Positions 58,380 through 64,000 of a stretch of DNA of 64,000 bases are shown here, piece by piece. Position 1 is the stretch's first letter. Every line of letters starts with the position of its first letter. The notes below the pieces were generated by a model. The model was not told the DNA's origin. It was given only the letters and a program-made list of their open reading frames with translations, and did no database searches. The stretch comes from Eledone cirrhosa (taxonomy: Eukaryota): the NCBI GenBank assembly GCA_964016885.1, contig OZ024765.1:11532001-11596000 (forward strand), in the 5' to 3' direction. The translations under genes and the position numbers were made by a program.

Positions 58380-58744
58380 GTTTAAAAAGCAATCCAGAGA
58401 CTACAACAATCATTGCTTACTGAATAACAGCCCTATCCGCGATACAGGTATGTGTCAGCGGACACGTGGTATACCAGACTGAATGTAACAAATGTAAGGA
58501 GTTCTACATTGGTAGCACAACTCGAGCACTCCACACTTGCATTAAGGAACACCTCAACACACGCACATCCTCATTCAAAAAACGCATTGACAAATGTAAA
58601 AACATCAACCAACTTATTACCGTTACCATTAAAGCCAGTGATAGAAATGTAGGTAACTTAAGAATTAAGGAAGCCTTGCTCATACGTAGATTCAACCAGC
58701 AAATAAATAATAGATTAGAACTCAGCACACACTACTTGACATAA
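58380..58744 (+). pseudogene. Penelope-like element GIY-YIG endonuclease C-terminal fragment
   Basis: VVYQTECNKCKEFYIGSTTRALHTCIKEH..NLRIKEALLIRR..QINNR (VY-CxxC-YIG, EH, E..N); the catalytic Arg position appears as Cys; Cys-rich linker upstream with a frameshift. Confidence 0.88.
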
Positions 58745-58930
58745 AAAGACACACCTACAGGCACACAAATTAAACATCTTATACAAAAAAGAAAATTGAC
58801 GTCATTCACGTGGAAAGTGAAATAACCATAAAAAAAACACTTGGAAACAACTTAGAAAAAAAATTAAATCAAAATCAAAATTTAATCCCAAAGAGAGGAG
58901 ATTGAAATGTGATCCGCTGAAAGTTCCTTA

Positions 58931-58975
58931 AATCCTGAAGAAGGTACTTTTAAGTCCTGATATATTGGACGGATA
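58931..58975 (+). ncRNA. Decayed hammerhead in the Penelope 3' terminal region
   Basis: atc-CTGAAGA-agg-tacttttaagt-cct-GATA-tattgg-AC-ggat; two core substitutions. Confidence 0.5.
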
Positions 58976-59081
58976 AAAGCACAACAACAAAATCAAAGAT
59001 TACTAGGTAACCTTTACTTTTCGTTACCTCATCTTACAGTCCATGTTGCCTTGTTCAACCTTCTATCTCTTTCACCATTAT

Positions 59082-59637
59082 GGTGGATTGGCAGTATTGG
59101 TAGAGGGTCGGACGCCATGCTTTGACGTATAGAGTTACGGCCCTTTCCATTCTGAGTTCAAATCCCGGCAAGGTTAACTTTGCCTTTCATCTTTACGAGG
59201 TCGATAAAATAAAGTACCAGTAATGCACTGGATAATTGCTGGCCTTGTGCCCAAAGTAGAAACAATTATATATTAGATACAATGCTTAACCCTTTAGTGT
59301 TCAAACCGCCCAAAACCGGCCAGAATTCTCTACCTCTTTCTGTTGAAACTGGCTGCAACTGATGTTAAGGGATTGTTCTCAAAATAAATACTCTCAAAAG
59401 CCTTTACCATTAAAATATAATAGCATATATAAAATAATTGTTTCTACTTTAGGCACAAGGCCAGAAATTACCCAGTGCATTACTGGTACTTTATTTTATC
59501 GACCCCGTAAGGATGAAAGGCAAAGTCAACCTCGGCTGGATTTGAACTCAGATCGTAAAGGGACGTAACTATGCTGGAAAGCATGGCGTCTGACCCTCTG
59601 CAGATACTGCCAAATAATGTGAATGCTAAAGGGTTAA
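59082..59637. mobile_element. SINE C (+, 59082-59270) and a TTAA-MITE (59286-59637) interrupted by SINE C (-, 59432-59612)
   Basis: Homology to other copies; MITE ends ttaaccctttag / ctaaagggttaa. Confidence 0.8.
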
Positions 59638-59724
59638 AGCAAACTACATTTTATTATATATATACATATATGTGTGTGTGTATGAATACATGTGTGTGTG
59701 TGTTTGTATGTATATATACATATA

Positions 59725-59758
<34 letters not shown>

Positions 59759-59883
59759 CATTTGTATTTGTGTATGTGTGAGGGGTGTCTGTGTGTGTCT
59801 GTGTGTGTCTCTGTCTGTCTGTATTTGGATGTCTGTATATATATATATATGTGTGTGTGTGTATATATATATATGTGTGTGTG

Positions 59884-59930
<47 letters not shown>

Positions 59931-60448
59931 ACATACATACATATATACAATATAGAGAATACAGTATAATTAGTCTGGCATATGTTCAGAGAATCTTACA
60001 TCATGTGTGTGTGTGTATAAAGGTATGTATGTGTATAAATGTATGTGTATGCATGTATGCATGTGTATGTGTATAGATATATGTATGGATGTATGTATGT
60101 GTATATATATATATGTGTGTATATGTATGTGTATGTATATATGTATGTATATGTATGTAAACATTTGTAGACATAGAAAGACACTAATGCACACAATATA
60201 CATAAGCATTCATCTTATAGTATGTGTATATATATATATACACACATAATATAAGCTTGAGCTCTGCCGTCGGGGTCATATTTGTTGCAATTACCCACTC
60301 TACTACCCTAAGTATTGAGTACTTTGGTGTGTTATGGTCCATCTGGTTCCTTACCACATTTCCTTCGTTATATATATATATATATTATATATATTATGTA
60401 TATTATGTTTATGTATATGTTTACATGTGTGTGTAAATCATACATATT

Positions 60449-60506
<58 letters not shown>

Positions 60507-61659
60507 AATATGTGTGATTTACACACATAGATGTAAACATATACATAAACATACGTACATACATACATAAGCAGATTTACACACACACCTACACTCGTAA
60601 ACATACACATAAACAGACATACATACATAAGTGGATTTACACACACACACATGTAAACATACACACACATAAAAGACAAACACACAAATATACAGACAGC
60701 CGCCCACACACTCAAATACAGATACACATCCCTCTCATCCACACACATAGATACACATACCTCCAGATACAGACACACACACACACACACATACAGACAC
60801 AAATAGAGACAAACACACATTCAGACATACACACATACACACACATATACACAGACATACAGACACAAATAGAGATAAACACACATTCAGACATACACAC
60901 ATACACACACATATACACAGACATACAAACACAAATAGAGAAACACACATTCAGACACACATACATACACATACAGACACAAATAGAGACAAACACACAT
61001 TCAGACATACACATACACACACAAACGAACACACACATACACAGAGAGAGACACACTCAGGTACACAGACAGACATCCAAATACAGACACACACACATAC
61101 ACACACATACACAGACACCCCTCACACATACACAAATACAAATAGATACACACATACACAGAGAGACACACAGATACACACACACAAATACAAATGAACA
61201 CGAACACACACACACACACACATACACCCAGATACACAGACACAGACACACACACACACACACACACACCCAGATACACAGACACACACATACACACAGA
61301 TACACACACTCAGATAGACAGACACCCCCTCCCCCCCAACACAGACAGCCATATATATATATATCATACCTCCTTATTAACTACAAAATTCAGTTATATT
61401 ATTTACTGTAGAGTAGATAAACTGTTAAATTGATTAAAATCTGACAAAAGAATTGCAATAATTTAATTTTCAAGACATTCTTCTCTACACAATACTTATG
61501 TAAACATATTTATTGTATAAATTCCTTTACGCACTCTTACTGGTCTCACTCAATGGACTGTGGCCATGCTGGAACATCACAATATGCCAGCACGTATTGT
61601 TTTTTTTTAAAGACCTTTATTTGTCAAACTGTTTTTGACATGGTTTCTACAGCTGGATG

Positions 61660-62579
61660 CACCCAGTACACTCTGCAATGCAGCAGTGTTGGTGCCACAA
61701 TAAAATGTACCCAGTACACTCTGTAAATTGATAGTGTTGGTGCCACAATAAAATGTACCCAGTACACTCTGTAAATTAGTAGTGCTGGTGCCAAAATAAA
61801 ATGTACCCAGTACACTCTGTAAAATGATAGTGTTGGTGCCACAATAAAATGTACCCAGTACACTCTGTAATGCAGCAGTGTTGGTGCCACAATAAAATGT
61901 ACCCAGTACACTCTGTAAATTAGTAGTGCTGGTGCCAAAATAAAATGTACCCAGTACACTCTGTAAAATGGTAGTGTTGGTGCCACAATAAAATGTACCC
62001 AGTACACTCTGTAATGCAGCAGTGTTGGTGCCACAATAAAATGTACCCAGTACACTCTGTAAAATATTAGTGTTGGTGCCACAATAAAATGTACCCAGTA
62101 CACTCTGTAAATTAGTAGTGCTGGTGCCAAAATAAAATGTACCCAGTACACTCTGTAAATTAGTAGTGCTGGTCCCACAATAAAATGTACCCAGTACACT
62201 CTGTAAATTAGTAGTGCTGGTCCCACAATAAAATGTACCCACTACACTCTGTAAATTAGTAGTGCTGGTCCCACAATAAAATGTACCCAGTACACTCTGT
62301 AAATTAGTAGTGCTGGTCCCACAATAAAATGTACCCACTTCACTCTGTAAATTGGTAGTGCTGGGACCAAAATAAAATGTACCCAGTACACTCTGTAAAA
62401 TGGTAGTGTTGGTGCCACAATAAAATGTACCCAGTACACTCTGTAAAATGTTAGTGTTGGTGCCACAATAAAATGTACCCAGTACACTCTGTAAATTGGT
62501 AGTGCTGGTGCCACAATAACATGTACCCAGCTTATTCTGTAAAGTTGTTGTGCTGGTGCCATAGTAAAATGCACCCAGC
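61660..62579. repeat. ~19 x 48-bp minisatellite derived from the SINE internal sub-repeat
   Basis: cacaataaaatgtacccagtacactctgtaa..gtg(c/t)tggtgc; similar to SINE aaaagcacccagcactcactgtaaa..gttggtg. Confidence 0.88.
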
Positions 62580-63038
62580 CTGGGGTTGATATGATCGACC
62601 AAATCAAGATAGTGCCCCAGTATGACCACAGTCTAACAACTGAGCCCAGTAAAACAGTACTGGGATTGATATGATTGATTAAATCAAGGCAGTGACCCAG
62701 TATACCCACAGCCTAATGTCTGACACCAGTAAAACAGTACTGGGGTTGATATGATTGACCAAGTCAAGGAAGTGCCCCAGTATGACCACAGTACAATGAC
62801 AATAACCACCCAGTCCACACTGTAAATGTGGTTGGCATTAAGAACAGCATCCAACCATAGAAACCAAGCCCAAATCAATTCTGTATGAAAGAATGACGAT
62901 CCCCCAACCTGATACCTCACAGAGGGAGAGCCTATCCTTCCCATTCTAGCATGGAAGATGGACATTAAACAATGATGATGATGATATATATATATATAAT
63001 TAGTTTCATTGAAATATCATTTACGTCTTTCATTGGCT

Positions 63039-63659
63039 GGAGGCACATGGCTTAGTGGTTAGAGCATTGGCCTTGCAATCGAAAGGTTGTGAGTTCAATT
63101 CTCAGACCGGGTGATGTGTTGTTTCCTTGAGCAAGACACTTTATTTCACATTGCTCCAGTTTACTCAGCTGTAGAAATGGGATGATAGGGTCTGGGGTCC
63201 ATATCATTCCACTGCAAAGTGGTCGTGGAGGTGCCACGGCAAAAAAAGCACCCAGCACTCACTGTAAATGAGGTTGGTGTTAGGAAGGGCATCCAGCTGT
63301 AGAAATCAATATATATATATATATCATCATTTCATTTTACGTCCGCTTTTTCCCTGCTTGCAAGGGTGAGACGGGAACTGATTCTGGCTTGATTTCTACA
63401 GCTGGATGCCCTTCCTAACACCAACCTCATTTACAGTGAGTGCTGGGTGCTTTTTTTGCCGTGGCACCTCCACGACCACTTTACAGTGGAATGATAGGGA
63501 CCCCAGTCCCTATCATCTCATTTCTACAGCCGAGTAAACTGGAACAATGTGAAATAAAGTGTCTTGCTCAAGGAAACAACACATCACCTGGTCTGAGAAT
63601 TGAACTCACAACCTTTCGATTGCAAGGCCAATGCTCTAACCACTAAGCCATGTGCCTCC
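63039..63659. mobile_element. Tail-to-tail pair of family A SINEs (+ 63039-63309, - 63323-63659)
   Basis: 271-bp near-identical inverted arms. Confidence 0.9.
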
Positions 63660-64000
63660 ATGAAATATATATAGTGTTTTTGCAACATTAAAACTTTAAA
63701 AGGACTTCATCAGTCTGGCCTCCTGTTATTTTAATCCAACCATCATTCAACTCTGTTGCTACACAGACCAGAGGATTCAATATCAACGATGGATGAGTTG
63801 TGTAACGTAGAGTGCAAGGGTTTATGGAGTAATGTTATTCGATAGAACGCATAACTCGGAGATCAAAAGATTCACTCTAGGTTGAGCCGCTATTTCTCTG
63901 AATTGAGAGATCACAGCTCTGATACTCAGGGCATGTGGTTAGAATGTCTCAGGAAAGAATTGCTGGTCAGATTTGTAGCTCGGAGATCAGAGAGTCACTC

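Noticed and set aside
63660-64000. Higher-complexity sequence at the window end
   Set aside because: Stops in the frames examined; only a short repeated motif (ctcggagatca..tcactc), truncated by the window edge.

Overview
This is eukaryotic, very AT-rich, repeat-saturated DNA with no recognisable intact protein-coding gene. The mix of (TA)n/(CA)n tracts, CORE-type tRNA-SINEs with RTE-derived (ATG)n tails, and RTE, Tx1, CR1, R4/Dong, Ingi/Vingi, Penelope, mariner and TTAA-MITE remnants resembles an Octopus-like cephalopod genome (inference). Nearly all long ORFs in the track are microsatellite or minisatellite artefacts. The most notable signal is a dense set of type I hammerhead ribozyme motifs (CUGANGA...GAAA...UH). 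About ten have an intact or near-intact core and roughly ten more are decayed. They occur as a 294-bp perfect palindrome carrying two divergent ribozymes, a three-copy unit spaced by (TA)n, a TIR-flanked cassette, a 313-bp retrozyme-like unit with terminal direct repeats, and a decayed copy behind a Penelope GIY-YIG fragment. Other themes are tandem amplification of internal retroelement segments (61 bp x32, 80 bp x13, 48 bp x~19, 118 bp x5) and minus-strand splice signals (a 9-nt microexon, a possible recursive splice site and a 62-nt exon). These suggest the window may lie inside a long-intron gene on the minus strand. All calls were made by eye and coordinates of decayed elements are approximate.
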